A stretch of 64,000 nucleotides of DNA from a virus (IMGVR_UViG_3300025121_000038:16999-80998), one strand, 5' to 3'; shown: positions 38,249-50,357, counted from the stretch's first letter. Program-made: numbers and translations. The notes: generated by a model from the letters alone, not told the origin.

Positions 38249-39399
38249 GTTTGTCTCTTAGCTAAAGATGGAAAAACAGTTACTAACTCTTCTGTCAATG
38301 CAGACATAGAATCTACATAATCGCGATTTTCTTTTACATTAGAAAACGTGAAGACACGTCCGTATCTATCTTTACGAATACGATTACGTAAAGTTTCTAT
38401 CTTATTTTCGGTAGACAAATCTCTGGAATTATTCAAGGATATAAAATCCTCTGAATAATTGCTTCTCGCAAATTCATCCCTATTTGGACTATCTACTACT
38501 ATCATGACATTATTGGTCCAGCTAGATAAATTATCTTCTAAAAGGCGACCATAATCCACTAAAATAGTCCCCGCAAAAGATGTTGCTAATCTCTCCCTAT
38601 ATAATCGATGTACATGCGGGAGAATTAACTTCCAGATTTCATCTTTGGCTTCAGGCCCAGCTTTCGTTACGGCCTCTATTAGTTTGACCTTATCTACGGA
38701 CAAACTATCTTCCGATAAAACATCATCTTGGAACATAGCGTTCAAATTGTCTCTAACTAACTGAGCCCCAGGTGTGGCTTCTTGAAAAAGTTTTTGAATC
38801 AAATCATCTATAGATATAAATTGGACAACATGACCTGTTTTATACCGGATATAAGACGATAATCTCTCACAAAGGTATGACTTGCCACTTCCTAAACATC
38901 CAGTGACCCCTATCAAAAGATGTTTGTGCATGCGTTTTTCTAAACTAGCTTTTACAGACAGCCTCACCATTGGCGAGACGTCAACATGATGCCAAGCAAA
39001 GGATTTGATTAATGTAGAAGAGATATGGACTAATTCTGGGTTGGCCAATATATATTGAACATTTAGATGTGGGTATATCAATTTATGAAAAGACATCTGT
39101 TTGTCTTCATATGCTTTGTCAGATTCGTTACGTATACCACGGAAGAGAACGTCACAACCTTCTCGTAGATACATATCTACAAGTGGTAGATTGCCAGTCA
39201 CTACTTCATACTTTATACCCGCAGCTCTTATTAATTCGACTCTCTCTTCTTGAGAATATAAATAAGATCCTCTCTTCTCATCATTATCAGTGATATATAT
39301 GACGAAACTTTGACATTTAGAGGAAGCCACTTGGAACAGATGTTCATGTCCTAAATGAACTGGGTCTCCAGATAAAGCTACCATCCCACGTCGATACAT
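38236..39399 (-). CDS. coaD: phosphopantetheine adenylyltransferase fused to dephospho-CoA kinase-like domain
   Basis: DPVHLGH, RGIR, ISSTLIK; then GVTGCLGSGKS. Confidence 0.8.
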   Translation of the reverse strand: MYRRGMVALSGDPVHLGHEHLFQVASSKCQSFVIYITDNDEKRGSYLYSQEERVELIRAAGIKYEVVTGNLPLVDMYLREGCDVLFRGIRNESDKAYEDKQMSFHKLIYPHLNVQYILANPELVHISSTLIKSFAWHHVDVSPMVRLSVKASLEKRMHKHLLIGVTGCLGSGKSYLCERLSSYIRYKTGHVVQFISIDDLIQKLFQEATPGAQLVRDNLNAMFQDDVLSEDSLSVDKVKLIEAVTKAGPEAKDEIWKLILPHVHRLYRERLATSFAGTILVDYGRLLEDNLSSWTNNVMIVVDSPNRDEFARSNYSEDFISLNNSRDLSTENKIETLRNRIRKDRYGRVFTFSNVKENRDYVDSMSALTEELVTVFPSLAKRQTCQN

Positions 39400-39791
39400 T
39401 ACTCTCTTTCTGCTTTCTTCTTATTGATGCCAGTTCGTAAAATTTGCCCAGTCAGATATAGGTTTTCACCGAACATACCTGTGGGCCAGTTAGGGCATGC
39501 TCCATATTTATTAACTGTTACTGGTAAGGCTTGTGTAGTATGAGTTTCTTCGTCAGACTCCTCATACTCAAATCGGACTTCATCTTGGGCTAAAACGCCT
39601 TGAGCTACTAGTAGTCTGAGAGCATTGAAAAGATCGATGTTTTCGATTTTGATTTCAGAGATACGACCTTCTCTATAGTCTTCCAAAATGACCTTAGCTC
39701 GTTCTTGGGCGGATTGGTCAGGATTTTTTAATCTTATTTTTAACATGTTTTGCCTTGACAGACGGGTGAAGCCAGTCGTACATCTTCTCAA
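39399..39791 (-). CDS. stand-alone DUF3696-like protein
   Basis: NALRLLV...NKYG...NWPTGMF. Confidence 0.55.
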   Translation of the reverse strand: MRRCTTGFTRLSRQNMLKIRLKNPDQSAQERAKVILEDYREGRISEIKIENIDLFNALRLLVAQGVLAQDEVRFEYEESDEETHTTQALPVTVNKYGACPNWPTGMFGENLYLTGQILRTGINKKKAERE

Positions 39792-41465
39792 TCAATGGAT
39801 GCCCACAATACCTACAGAACGCATAGTTTCCATCCATAGTTGGAAAGCCGGGTGCATCTTTTGGAATACATTTTCCAGAGTACCTACATGATGTTTTCTT
39901 AACCATTGGATACATTACTATCCTCGCATCGCTACCACACGATTTCCGACTTTAACTCGTTTGGCTGCATACACCCCGCTCTGTCCGACCCAATCAACCA
40001 CCTTCTGAGCCTTGCTGCGGTCAGGGTACACAGTAGCCTTCATGATGTCAGAAAGCCAGGATTCAGTCTTCTTGTCCCAATACTGACTATTTCGAATTAC
40101 AACCCATTCAAAGCCCATGATATATTCCTTTCAAAAGGTTTAGCGGTTGGGGTCAAACATATAAGAAGGGAGCCGGGTCTCGATATAAATCGGTTTTGTG
40201 GGCTGGCTAGGTGTTAGGTCACGCTTGTTGTCTTCGTAGTTTGAGTACCGGAAGTCGTCATCACGGTTTTCGTCACCGTACTGGTCAAGCTCGTTATCGT
40301 AGCTCATTGCTTCTTCATCCTTATGCTTTCGGTTACTGTTCATGTTCATAAAGATAACGATGTGTGGTTAGATTATTTAAGACAAGAAATACATCTTTCT
40401 TGCTTCTGAGGAAGATAAAAGATTCATGCCGAAAATGTTTTCTGGTATTAGTTTATTGGCTCTATTAGCGATATTCATAGTCATGAATGTACCACTGTAC
40501 ATTTTCTTTCCAGTCCAAAAAGCGGCTACCGTGTCACTTAATTCTACTATATGTTCATTCCGAGCACGGTATGTAACTCGACTGTCATGTACTATATCTG
40601 CTGTGTCACATACAGACATGTCTACCTTTTTCTTATCATAAGGTAGAGTCACTATCCTCTTAATGTGAGGATGGTTTATATAGAACCAATGATGGACATA
40701 GACATCGATACCTATACACCCACCTGTAACTATCGTGTCCGGTTGTAGTCTTAAGAATAAATCTTCCAAACACGCATCGACATATGCTTTTTCACCATTA
40801 CGAAGGGTCTGAGTTCCTGTAAATCCTAAGATCATGTTTTTAAGACTTTTGGCCAAAGTTACTTTCAATTATAAGTCTATGTGCTCAATCATTTTGATTT
40901 CCACTTTGAATAATATCGCTTTGCTTAACGTGTTTTATCAACCACGGTCTGAAAGTGTTTATAAACACTTCTCTATCTAAAATTTCTAGTATCGCGCGAT
41001 CTTCGGAATAACGAACCACACACCCACGCAACTCTTTAAAAGCGTCTTTAGCATATTCAGCTTCCGTCCGGCCTTTGAATAGCTCTTCGTTGAACTCAAC
41101 CTCCGCTATAATTCTATAGATGTCGTCCAAACTCGGTCGACCTAATACCATATTCATAAAATTATTCAAAAACTTTTTCATCTAAACTAACCCTTCCATG
41201 AATGATGTGACTAATAACACTTGAGTTCTCGTAAACCCTAAAATCACTGGTCTACAACTAGCTTGTTTAGGTATTTTTCAAACCACGCATCCATACCTGC
41301 TACAAACGCATCTGCATCGACAATACGCAATTCCAAAGCCCCAACAACCTCAACTCCAGGCAGCTCCGAAATAGCTTCTTGAGCTACTTCCTCTTCAGTC
41401 CGCCCTGCCAAAAGCTCCGGTTTGAAACTCATTTTCGTAAAAATCGAAGTCAAGTCTTTAGACAT
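39718..41465 (-). CDS. small hypothetical proteins, including SLOG/DprA-like 40377-40868
   Basis: ILGFTG...TGGCIGID...RNEHIV...SGT in 40377-40868. Confidence 0.6.
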
Positions 41466-41476
41466 GTTACTACCCT

Positions 41477-42325
41477 CTAAAATTTAGTTTCTCCATGTAT
41501 CGGATGATAGACAGACCTAGCATCCAAATCAATTAAGACGTATTTAGGCGGACAAGCCCCAGGTTGTATAGCTAATGTATCTCCTATACTCGTATACCAT
41601 TGTCCTGTGGTCCTTGGAGACTCATGTATATGTCCGTGGAGACTAAGCAAAGGTTGGTGCTTTGCTATGTAATCCAATCCTGCTTTAGATCCTACACGCT
41701 CTCCATTACTGATTACGTCTAAACCTCCGTGTGAGGGAGGTGAGTGCATAACGAAAATGCTTTTGGAAAAATCAGGTGAACCAGGTAACTTTGACAGTCT
41801 TTCTTTAAGAGTTGGTCTTCTGGCTATTTCATCCTCCCATGATCCACTTAGTTTTACAAAATGGAATTGGTCTGTGATAACTGGATCACTATATTGAACA
41901 AGATTTGGAATGGGTTCTAAGTCTCCACAAACCCAGTCTTTTAAACCAAAGGGATAATCAGGAACCCAAGGCATACCTAAAATCCAATACTCACCGAACC
42001 GAATCCATCCTCTTTCATCTAAACGAATCATAGTACCAAGACTATCTGCTTTATCTAAAAGATGGACAATGCCTTTTGCATCGTCATTACCAAATTGAGT
42101 ATAGAACCGGATTCCATTTTGTCTCAATCTCTCAGCTTCGGGTAATAACCAGGATTGAAAAAATTCCTGCTGTGACTTACTAAAAGGAGTTCCTGATTTG
42201 AAATTCTTGGGTAATATATCTCCACCGTTTACTATTACTTGACATTTAAAATCAATAGCCGCTTGGAACGCTTCTTTATATGCACTATGGTTACCATGAA
42301 AATCTGTGATATAAATAAATCTCAT
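41477..42325 (-). CDS. metallophosphoesterase
   Basis: TDFHG, GGD, GNDD, HSPP, HGHIHE. Confidence 0.9.
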   Translation of the reverse strand: MRFIYITDFHGNHSAYKEAFQAAIDFKCQVIVNGGDILPKNFKSGTPFSKSQQEFFQSWLLPEAERLRQNGIRFYTQFGNDDAKGIVHLLDKADSLGTMIRLDERGWIRFGEYWILGMPWVPDYPFGLKDWVCGDLEPIPNLVQYSDPVITDQFHFVKLSGSWEDEIARRPTLKERLSKLPGSPDFSKSIFVMHSPPSHGGLDVISNGERVGSKAGLDYIAKHQPLLSLHGHIHESPRTTGQWYTSIGDTLAIQPGACPPKYVLIDLDARSVYHPIHGETKF

Positions 42326-42968
42326 TTATTCCTCAAAAATTAGGTCTAGTTTGTTTACATGTCTAAGAAACTGTGAAGGAATTCCATATACAGGGTTCTT
42401 CTTTTTACCGTCTTGTATGACCGCTACTATACCGGGACAATCTGAAACTCCAAAATCACAATCTCGATAAAGTTTTACAGGATGGAATTTAGACCCTTTG
42501 AAAAGCGTTACAGAATTGGTCCATATTTCATAATCTTGGGTGAGAATATAAACTTGACTAGATATTTCTCGTATTTCTGTATTACGAACTCTCCCCATCT
42601 AAAACCCTTTTTCTAATCTTATGAGATGTCAACATTATAAGCATTGTGATTGCCGTGAAAATCCATGATATAAATAAATCTCATATATCCTCAAACAAAA
42701 GACCTAATTTTGTTACACTATAAACAAGTTTTAATTTTTGTGATGGGAACCCACGTACTTTTGATTTTGTTATATTATCAATATTCACAACAGCCACATA
42801 ATCTGGGGCAACGTCTAAACAATGTCCAAAAGGTTTATCTGGATATATTTTGACAAGTTTGACTTTATCTCCTATCTTAAAATCAAACTTACTACCAAAG
42901 TCCCAAGAGTGAGACTCTACTACCTCATAAGTTTCTTCAGAAACTCCCAATATATCAAGAAACATCAT
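42326..42968 (-). CDS. two related small proteins (42326-42598, 42681-42968)
   Basis: Share G(I/F)PSQxL and the C-terminal KLxL(I/L)FE motif. Confidence 0.7.
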
Positions 42969-43416
42969 TAACCAACCGGTCTCTAATATTATGTAGCCTA
43001 GAGCAAAACTCTGTTTCTGTTAAAACCGTGTCTGATTTTTTGCTTTTACCCATACTATGAGTCAGGACAGCATTACCTGTAGAAAGAAGTGCTCTTCGAA
43101 AACCCTGATTTTTAGACAAAGCATCAAAAGCTCTATCCAATAAGTCTTGATACTCTTCAGAATCTCGTTTGTAAGCTACATCATTCCACCACAGAGTCTG
43201 AACAGATTTCCAGGCTTTATTACGTTTCTGTCCTCTGCGCTTTGCGGCTAAACCAACAAGCTTACATACTTCTACCTGGATGTGGATCTTATCAAACTTA
43301 AAGGACTGTAGGAGGCCTTCAAAACTGTTACATTCTACTCCATCAAACACGAACGGATGAGGAGCAAAATTACTCAAAGAGCTAGAAGCTCCTCCACTTT
43401 TTGACCCTATGTTCAT
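42955..43416 (-). CDS. T4 gp30.3-like NADAR-family protein
   Basis: LSNFAPHPFVFDG...SFEGLLQSFKF...ALLSTG..LTHS. Confidence 0.8.
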   Translation of the reverse strand: MNIGSKSGGASSSLSNFAPHPFVFDGVECNSFEGLLQSFKFDKIHIQVEVCKLVGLAAKRRGQKRNKAWKSVQTLWWNDVAYKRDSEEYQDLLDRAFDALSKNQGFRRALLSTGNAVLTHSMGKSKKSDTVLTETEFCSRLHNIRDRLVNDVS

Positions 43417-43425
43417 GATTTTCTT

Positions 43426-44060
43426 CTACTCCTCAAATAATAAAGATTCCCGTGTTGGTAAATTTGACCATAAAGTCAAACTACTTCTAAGTATTCCCAT
43501 AGCCCAACACTTTGGCTGAGGTATAAAATAGTCTTTTACTGCTAAAACATAAGACGAATTCCACTTATAAAAACCATAGGGCACATCATCTTTTTCACGT
43601 ATTAGTCTAACTCTTTCACCAACATAGAAATTATATTCTATTACGCCAACTGTCATAGGTGTTGTTATGATATATATTTCAGGAGAACATTCCATGACCA
43701 CTATGCTTCCATCTGTAGAATGATTACAAACGTTAGCATATATCATATCACAAGTCATTTTTTGAATTTCCTGGGATTATACTGAGCTTTATAACACAAA
43801 GCAATATAGAGACCTTTATCTATCCCCATTCCTTTCCAAAATCTCTTCTCAGCCTCTACGAAGAGATTCCCATAAATATCTTGGGATTTTTCCAGAAAAG
43901 AGTAATACAGGGTCGTCATACGTCTTATGTCCGCCACTGTATATTTTGAATATGCAGCCTTAATAGCTATACCTTTTTCAGACTGCGACATTTCTTCGTA
44001 AAGTTTTGAAGAGACAATAGACTTAGATAGGTCGGTCAATCTAGAAGGAACATCAGACAT
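43426..44060 (-). CDS. two hypothetical proteins (43426-43758, 43755-44060)
   Basis: ORF track. Confidence 0.65.
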
Positions 44061-44099
44061 AGGTCACTCCATATTTTTATGTTATGGAGTACAAACGCA

Positions 44100-45281
44100 T
44101 TACAGCCCAATAAGATAAGGAGCAAATGTTTGCGGATGCAGATTAATATACCAGGCACCATAACCAATCACAACACAACATATCAAACCCACAAAGGCAT
44201 ATCCTACCAGGCTCTTCGCGGGTATCTCAAACAGTTTGATCAATACCCATAGTCCAAGAGCTGTTCCTGCGTATTTTGATAGACCCACAAAGTCAAAATA
44301 CTGCCCGAAGAAAACCATACCTAAAGCACCACCTACCATCAGGAGGTTAGCGAGAAGCCGCTCCGGATCAAACCCGTCACTGTAGTACCATTTAGCAGAG
44401 TAAATTAAGAGTCCGCCGAATCCTGCTATGGAACATATGTGGAAAACGCCTGGCTCAAATATAGATACAAAACCTAACTGACTACCTCCTAGCCTAAACA
44501 TCACGAATGCGGATAACATAAGAAGGGCTGTGATGGTAGTACGAGGTACTAGTCTCTCAAACATTTTACCATACGCGTCGCTAAACCAAATGGACAACAT
44601 TAAGGTCAATATAGCTACAGCTGCGGTCAGTTGGGATCCAAAATATATAGCTAGGATCGCAGTCCCTACCCCGTGTATAAATAGTAAAACCGGACCAGCG
44701 TCTTCTAATTTGACATTGATGTGCAAATACGAGCTGAGCGAAAGTCCACATCCAAACAGTACCGAGGCTAGTAATGTCAAGTATGTTTGTACAGCCGGGT
44801 CAGAACCTGGAAGGATAGATACTACATAGGCTATGAGCGCATAAAGTCCTAACTCCCAAACCACTTTAGGCACAGCTAGTATCACCTCTGATAGATGGAA
44901 AAGTATCACCCCTAAACAGAATACCCCAAGCCCTATTACAAGGACCCATACAAAATTAATGAAAGTGATGTATGCGGCCACCTTTTGCATCACATTTAAT
45001 TCGGGTGTTGTCTCTAACCCCACTTTCAAATTCATTAAAGATTCAATATTAAGAGTTGACTTTGTCAAACTAGAGGCATCTTTAAGATATTGATTTATAA
45101 TAGGTTGGGCTTGTCCTTCTGTGATAGCTTGGCCAGAAACCATCTTTTGAACTGTATCTACTCGTATTTGAAGAACAGCTATGTCTCTTGGATTTGGAGA
45201 ACCATTTTGACTTTGAGCCGACAGGGGTACGGTTAACATACAGAAAAACAAACTTAACATCCAAACCAATCTTTTCAACAT
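44100..45281 (-). CDS. polytopic membrane protein with signal peptide
   Basis: MLKRLVW...LSAQ signal, about 10 hydrophobic segments. Confidence 0.8.
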   Translation of the reverse strand: MLKRLVWMLSLFFCMLTVPLSAQSQNGSPNPRDIAVLQIRVDTVQKMVSGQAITEGQAQPIINQYLKDASSLTKSTLNIESLMNLKVGLETTPELNVMQKVAAYITFINFVWVLVIGLGVFCLGVILFHLSEVILAVPKVVWELGLYALIAYVVSILPGSDPAVQTYLTLLASVLFGCGLSLSSYLHINVKLEDAGPVLLFIHGVGTAILAIYFGSQLTAAVAILTLMLSIWFSDAYGKMFERLVPRTTITALLMLSAFVMFRLGGSQLGFVSIFEPGVFHICSIAGFGGLLIYSAKWYYSDGFDPERLLANLLMVGGALGMVFFGQYFDFVGLSKYAGTALGLWVLIKLFEIPAKSLVGYAFVGLICCVVIGYGAWYINLHPQTFAPYLIGL

Positions 45282-45628
45282 ACTTTTCCTTTCATAGAAT
45301 GTGTATTGCATCTGACTCCCAAATAATCTGATCTTGAATAAACCCATATAAGACGACATCTAAATGTATGTAATGACTAGAGGATCTACGTCTATCATCA
45401 ATACGGTATGTACCTTGATGATATATAAATTCTAGTCCTGGATTGCTTTTATCTAAACCCCTCAATATGTTCTTTTTTCTGAGGATTATACGTGACCCTT
45501 CAGATAAAACTTCAAACCCAACAAATAGTTGATCATTACAGATAAATACAGATTATACAGAAAAGACTCTAAAGCCTCTTCTGTATAATCTGTCTCTTCT
45601 TCAAAAAGTAAGCTTAGTCTATCCATAT

Positions 45629-45704
45629 AGGTGCCCCTGGTGGGTTTTGATCCCACTGCCTTGGTATTTAAAGTACCTCGCTCTTCCAATTGAGCTACAG
45701 GGAC
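45629..45704 (-). tRNA. putative ochre suppressor tRNA (UUA)
   Basis: Full cloverleaf; GGTA-CTTTAAA-TACC; ends A-CCT. Confidence 0.7.
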
Positions 45705-46515
45705 ATTTTTAATTTTATATCTTCTAATGCTTCCTTAATATGTTTTGGAAGACACAAATCTCTCATCCATTTAGGGTATTGTCTTAGCTCTTTATAGTCC
45801 AGGTCAACCCTATACACCCACCATCCATATCTATCATGACCATTCGGAAAGGGTAGTCTGAGCTGTTCGATATAATCTATTATCCATTCTATACACTCTG
45901 AACATGTAGGAGCATTTGACGTTGTCCAGACGCAACTCCCTATGTTCATATAATATAACCTTAAACCACATCTAAAATAGATACTTCCGAATTTGTCTAC
46001 TCTATCTATCATGTGGATAGGTTCTTCATCTTGTTGATACCAACATTGCGATATTGGGTAATGTCCTACGTCTATCATCAATCGAACAATAACTCCATGC
46101 GTGACGTAAGTTCTGCTTGAGTCAAACCTTCAGTATTCGGACCCAGATAAACATCACATTCCATCATGTTTACATCTTTAAGCTTTGCCCAGAATAGACC
46201 CGCTTTAATAACTTTTTTGCCAGTTCCATTCCAGTCAAGGTGTTTTACACTGAAAGTAAGACTGTCGTACGTATCCGCTGTTCCCTGACGGATATATACT
46301 CGCCTCACCCGAAAGATGGTGCCTTTAGGTAATGTTACAGATACCACGACATTTACCATGTTTTCTCCGTAAAGTCCCCAATTAGCCCTAATATCTGTAA
46401 AGTGTCCAAGCTTTTGCCCAAAAGACATATTGCGTCGTTCTGGGTACAGGCGAAACGTCCAAGGAGCGGTAAGTATTAGCTCTGTTTTACAATTAGGCAC
46501 GAACAATTTCATCAT
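45695..46515 (-). CDS. two hypothetical proteins (45695-46081, 46078-46515)
   Basis: ORF track. Confidence 0.65.
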
Positions 46516-46910
46516 ATCTCCATCTTCAATCGAGTTGTTGGTATCACTATGGCTTTTACTTCACACACTTCTAATATAGCAACTATCTTCTTAGACTCGT
46601 CTTTACTCCAATACCCAAGAAGGAAAGGACCTACCATAGAAGCCATTGCTTCTACCTTTATCTTTGCATCGTATAGTCCGATATCAAAAATCTTTCTAAA
46701 AGCTTTGATTAAATGTAGTTTCCCTCTATGCTCCTGCACTATAACTACGTCATCTTCTCTATATGCATTATCGAATAACGTTTCCGACCCAGGTGAAAAC
46801 TCAGACAAATCTCTGTCAAAATACTTAGAATCTTTAAGTAAGTAGAATATTTCACCTACTTCTTCTAAGTTACTGTTCAAAAGGTATGTCAGAACTTCTT
46901 CTTTAGTCAT
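46512..46910 (-). CDS. protein with ribosomal L7/L12 C-terminal-like domain
   Basis: KLHLIKAFRKIFDIGLYDAKIKVEA. Confidence 0.65.
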   Translation of the reverse strand: MTKEEVLTYLLNSNLEEVGEIFYLLKDSKYFDRDLSEFSPGSETLFDNAYREDDVVIVQEHRGKLHLIKAFRKIFDIGLYDAKIKVEAMASMVGPFLLGYWSKDESKKIVAILEVCEVKAIVIPTTRLKMEI

Positions 46911-47935
46911 TGAAGTAATGCGAAAATACCGGCCAGTTCAGAGTCTACAACGGGAGTCTGTCCATCCGGAACCAGGGTTCCATTTAAGCAGTCCGTCTTA
47001 CCCATATACTTTTTGAACGTATACGAGATATAACCCATGTTGTTATAATTTTGATTCCACTGGGTATAGTACTCAATAATACTCGTCCTAAACCTAGGAC
47101 CCAGCTCTGCAAGTAGGTTAGGTGGCAGTGGCATGTCACCTACCTTATCTACATAAGAGCAATTCTTCACCACGTTGATTCTGTGGGTCATTTTCTTTTC
47201 TACCATGTACTCATGAAAAGTTCTTAGCCCTTCCTCTTCATCGTGAAACTCGTAAAATTCAAACCACACTTGGTATCGGTCTGTAGATCCATGTCGTCGA
47301 GCAAACCCAATGAAAACACCTCTCTCGCCAGCGGGTCTCGCATAGATACCCCCAGGTACAAGGTCTTTTGCCGAAATTTTCTTAAGCTCCCGTCGCTCCG
47401 TGGTCTTGGTCAAATCTCGATATAGAGGAGACCCTACTCGAGTGAGTTTCATTTGGCTACCTTGAACAGCCCATACATACTCGCCGTTTAGGATCCCACC
47501 CCTCTCAATACCCGCTTCAATCATCGCTTCCAGAATCACGTCTTCTCGAAGATCATAACAGTAACCTTCTTCACTCACTACCTTATAGGCTCGTCCTCCT
47601 TCACCACGAATCTCAAGGGTGATGATACGAAGACCCTTGATCGGAGAGTTAGGCACGTCTTCAAAAAGCTCAGTATCATCTTCAAATAGGACTTGAAGGC
47701 GATTCAGGGTGGGTGCTAGAAAAGGATGTGCCTTCGACCAGCTATCTGCGGTCTGATTAAAGCCTTTACTGTCACGGTCAACCGCAAAGGCTTTTCTAGC
47801 GACTACCTTATTGACCATTTCTGCCTTGTCTTGATACCACCATCCACGTCCCCACATCTCACTGAGGGTGAATGTTTCCGGTTTGCGACTGTAGATACGG
47901 AGATTCTTGGGGATGTGTCCCTTCACGTTTGCCAT
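46907..47935 (-). CDS. hypothetical protein, paralogue of 57387-58421
   Basis: Shared IPxNLRxYSRK, GGRAYKVV, YDxRED, LNGE.VWA. Confidence 0.85.
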   Translation of the reverse strand: MANVKGHIPKNLRIYSRKPETFTLSEMWGRGWWYQDKAEMVNKVVARKAFAVDRDSKGFNQTADSWSKAHPFLAPTLNRLQVLFEDDTELFEDVPNSPIKGLRIITLEIRGEGGRAYKVVSEEGYCYDLREDVILEAMIEAGIERGGILNGEYVWAVQGSQMKLTRVGSPLYRDLTKTTERRELKKISAKDLVPGGIYARPAGERGVFIGFARRHGSTDRYQVWFEFYEFHDEEEGLRTFHEYMVEKKMTHRINVVKNCSYVDKVGDMPLPPNLLAELGPRFRTSIIEYYTQWNQNYNNMGYISYTFKKYMGKTDCLNGTLVPDGQTPVVDSELAGIFALLQ

Positions 47936-48105
47936 TTTTTACTTATCCTTGATTGGGGTATTTATAACAAAAAACCATACATACCCTATCAACAAAGTGA
48001 CGGGTATGTTTATACTTAAAGCGATCAAAAGCTTGCAATCAATAATCATAAAATCTCCAAAGCTACTTTCTTAAATCCTTTAAAAATATATTGGATATTT
48101 GATTT

Positions 48106-49161
48106 TTAATCGCTAAAAATAACAGTTTCTTTAGTATCTTCCCATTTCCACTCAGTACAAGGAAGATTTCTAACTATAGACTCAGTCCTACCAGAAACAT
48201 CCAAAAGAATCATTTCTCTTTCAAAATGATGATTTTGTTCTCGAATATTTTCTCTATACACATTGAGTACCGAGACTTTTTGGAGATTGCCTCTGTACAT
48301 TAAATAAAAAGTAAGGGTATAGCTCATAAAACCTCTGTTATTATGAAGTTCTAACAACAATCATCTTTTGTAGGTTAGCGAAAGGAGTGTGAGTAAGAAC
48401 TTGGTCTTGAACGCCACCATAAACAGGAGGTGTTACTCGTCGCTCCACAGGATACTCTGTTTCACCGATGGACCTGTAATACTCATTCCAGCGTGTCCGC
48501 TCATCGTCCCAGGAGTCAAAGAGCATTTGGTATGCATCTGCAATAGGCAGAGCACCAGGAGTGCCAAAAGGAACTTCGATAACAGTGTCTCCATCAGAAA
48601 TCTTATCGAAATATTCGATGCCCTCAAGATAGCCGTTCACAACTCGTCCATATCCAGTATGACGACCCTCGTATTCTTCCAGAACCTGAAGTGTCGAACC
48701 ATCCGTACAGGTAAGCGTAATAAACTTGATGTCCTCAGACATTTAGGTAATCTCCGAATGTTGTTTATGGTTTGATATAAACGACATCGATGTTATTAAA
48801 CTCAGATAGAAATATGTAGATATGTCTTTTCTTTCGAAGAGAGATTCTCTACAGATGTGTTTAGAATTCCTGAGTGGGCCTTATAAAAAGCCCTAACTTC
48901 GGCCCATGCAAAGGCCTCTACCAATTGCATATCTGATTCCATCTCTGCCTTAGACGTCACAGTGTTAGCATGTGTCAACATCTTAAGAAAAGTGTCTCGA
49001 ATGCTATTCAGAAGATCCTGATGGATTTGGACCATCTCTAGGAGATCGAACTGAGCCTGGACGGCACTTTGAGCACTGCGAGATAGTACAGCCCGAAGCA
49101 CTGGATCCGAGATAATGTTCTTTTCCAACATATAATCAACACGTTCTTGAAGCGACTTCAT
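48106..49161 (-). CDS. three hypothetical proteins (48106-48360, 48341-48742, 48802-49161)
   Basis: ORF track. Confidence 0.6.
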
Positions 49162-49162
49162 T

Positions 49163-49747
49163 TTATTCCTTTCCGGGGATATAATCGAGAAGGTTGTTTA
49201 AGTGTACCCAGAGAGACTCCAAAGGAGTGTGAGGTACGTAGAGGGTCTGATAAAACTCTGTCTGCTCTTTTTTGTACATGTCCAGCTTGTGTCCGCCCTT
49301 CGTAAACTTTTCTGAAGCGACTACGCTAGCTTCCATGTTGGCGATACGGTCACAAAGCTTAACCAAGGTAGCACCTGGTGTAATAGGGATCAAGCGATAA
49401 GGTCCAGGTACCGCATCCGTACCCCAATGTCGCAATTTCCTGTTAGCCCCTTCGATCTTCGCATCCGAAACCGCAAATACGATAGAGGCAACTACAGTCC
49501 CAAAAAGGGCCTCAATCATAGCTCTGGTAGCGGGAGTGTCCTCAATGGTGTCATGCAGCCAAAGTGCAATGACCAAGATCTCCCTGGTAAGTCCATAAAA
49601 AGCTACCATCTCATCCGTCACACGGCGACGATATACATCTTGCACCTTCTCAAGGTGGTACTCATACGGAAAATCTCCGTACATCTGGTTACCGTGGCAG
49701 GCAAGGGCAAAACGTTTTGCGGTTAGGATTCGTTGAAGCGTGCTCAT
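49163..49747 (-). CDS. HD hydrolase, small alarmone hydrolase (Mesh1/SpoT-HD)-like
   Basis: FA..CHGNQ...PYEYHL...LHDTIEDT...VKLCDRIAN. Confidence 0.85.
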   Translation of the reverse strand: MSTLQRILTAKRFALACHGNQMYGDFPYEYHLEKVQDVYRRRVTDEMVAFYGLTREILVIALWLHDTIEDTPATRAMIEALFGTVVASIVFAVSDAKIEGANRKLRHWGTDAVPGPYRLIPITPGATLVKLCDRIANMEASVVASEKFTKGGHKLDMYKKEQTEFYQTLYVPHTPLESLWVHLNNLLDYIPGKE

Positions 49748-49796
49748 ATGATTCCTTTCGTTGTGTGTCTATTTAACGAAAGGAATTAGATGAATA

Positions 49797-50279
49797 TCAG
49801 AGAGAATTTCGAAGAATTGTTAAACATTGGTCTAAATGGTCTGGGGTAAGTCCTCCAAGATAATGTGTCTTTAAGAAATGAGGTAGTTGCTCATCTAACA
49901 TATCGTCACTATCATCAAGAATAAGATAAGTGGTAGTCCTGTTATGATCATCTCTCCATTTTTTAATCTCATCTCCACGTATCTTACCGTAGGTAGGGGT
50001 CCTGTCCACTATCCTATGTGTATGTGTAAGACCTCCTTGAGTACTAAACCCACGTCGTATTTCTTCTAAGGTATGTATCTTACGCCAAGCAGAAGAAATG
50101 ATAAGATTAGCAGGACATTGGTCCAAAATCTGTTGTAGTATTGCTACATTACCTGGGTCGAACCCATACAGCTTGGAGCTTTCTACAGGCCACCGTTCGA
50201 CGGTAAGCCAATGTTTATTGAACACCCCGTCTATGTCTACAAAAATGTCAGGAAGAGACGGGTCTAGCACATAATTCAA
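49797..50279 (-). CDS. HAD-family phosphatase (RNA-repair-associated type)
   Basis: DIDGV, ISSAWR, RGDEI, ILDD. Confidence 0.82.
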   Translation of the reverse strand: MNYVLDPSLPDIFVDIDGVFNKHWLTVERWPVESSKLYGFDPGNVAILQQILDQCPANLIISSAWRKIHTLEEIRRGFSTQGGLTHTHRIVDRTPTYGKIRGDEIKKWRDDHNRTTTYLILDDSDDMLDEQLPHFLKTHYLGGLTPDHLDQCLTILRNSL

Positions 50280-50357
50280 AATAATCCCTCAGTCTTTAAT
50301 TTTCTGTAAGTCTATTATTGAAAAACGTAAATACTATTGAAATATTTAGAGGAAAGG

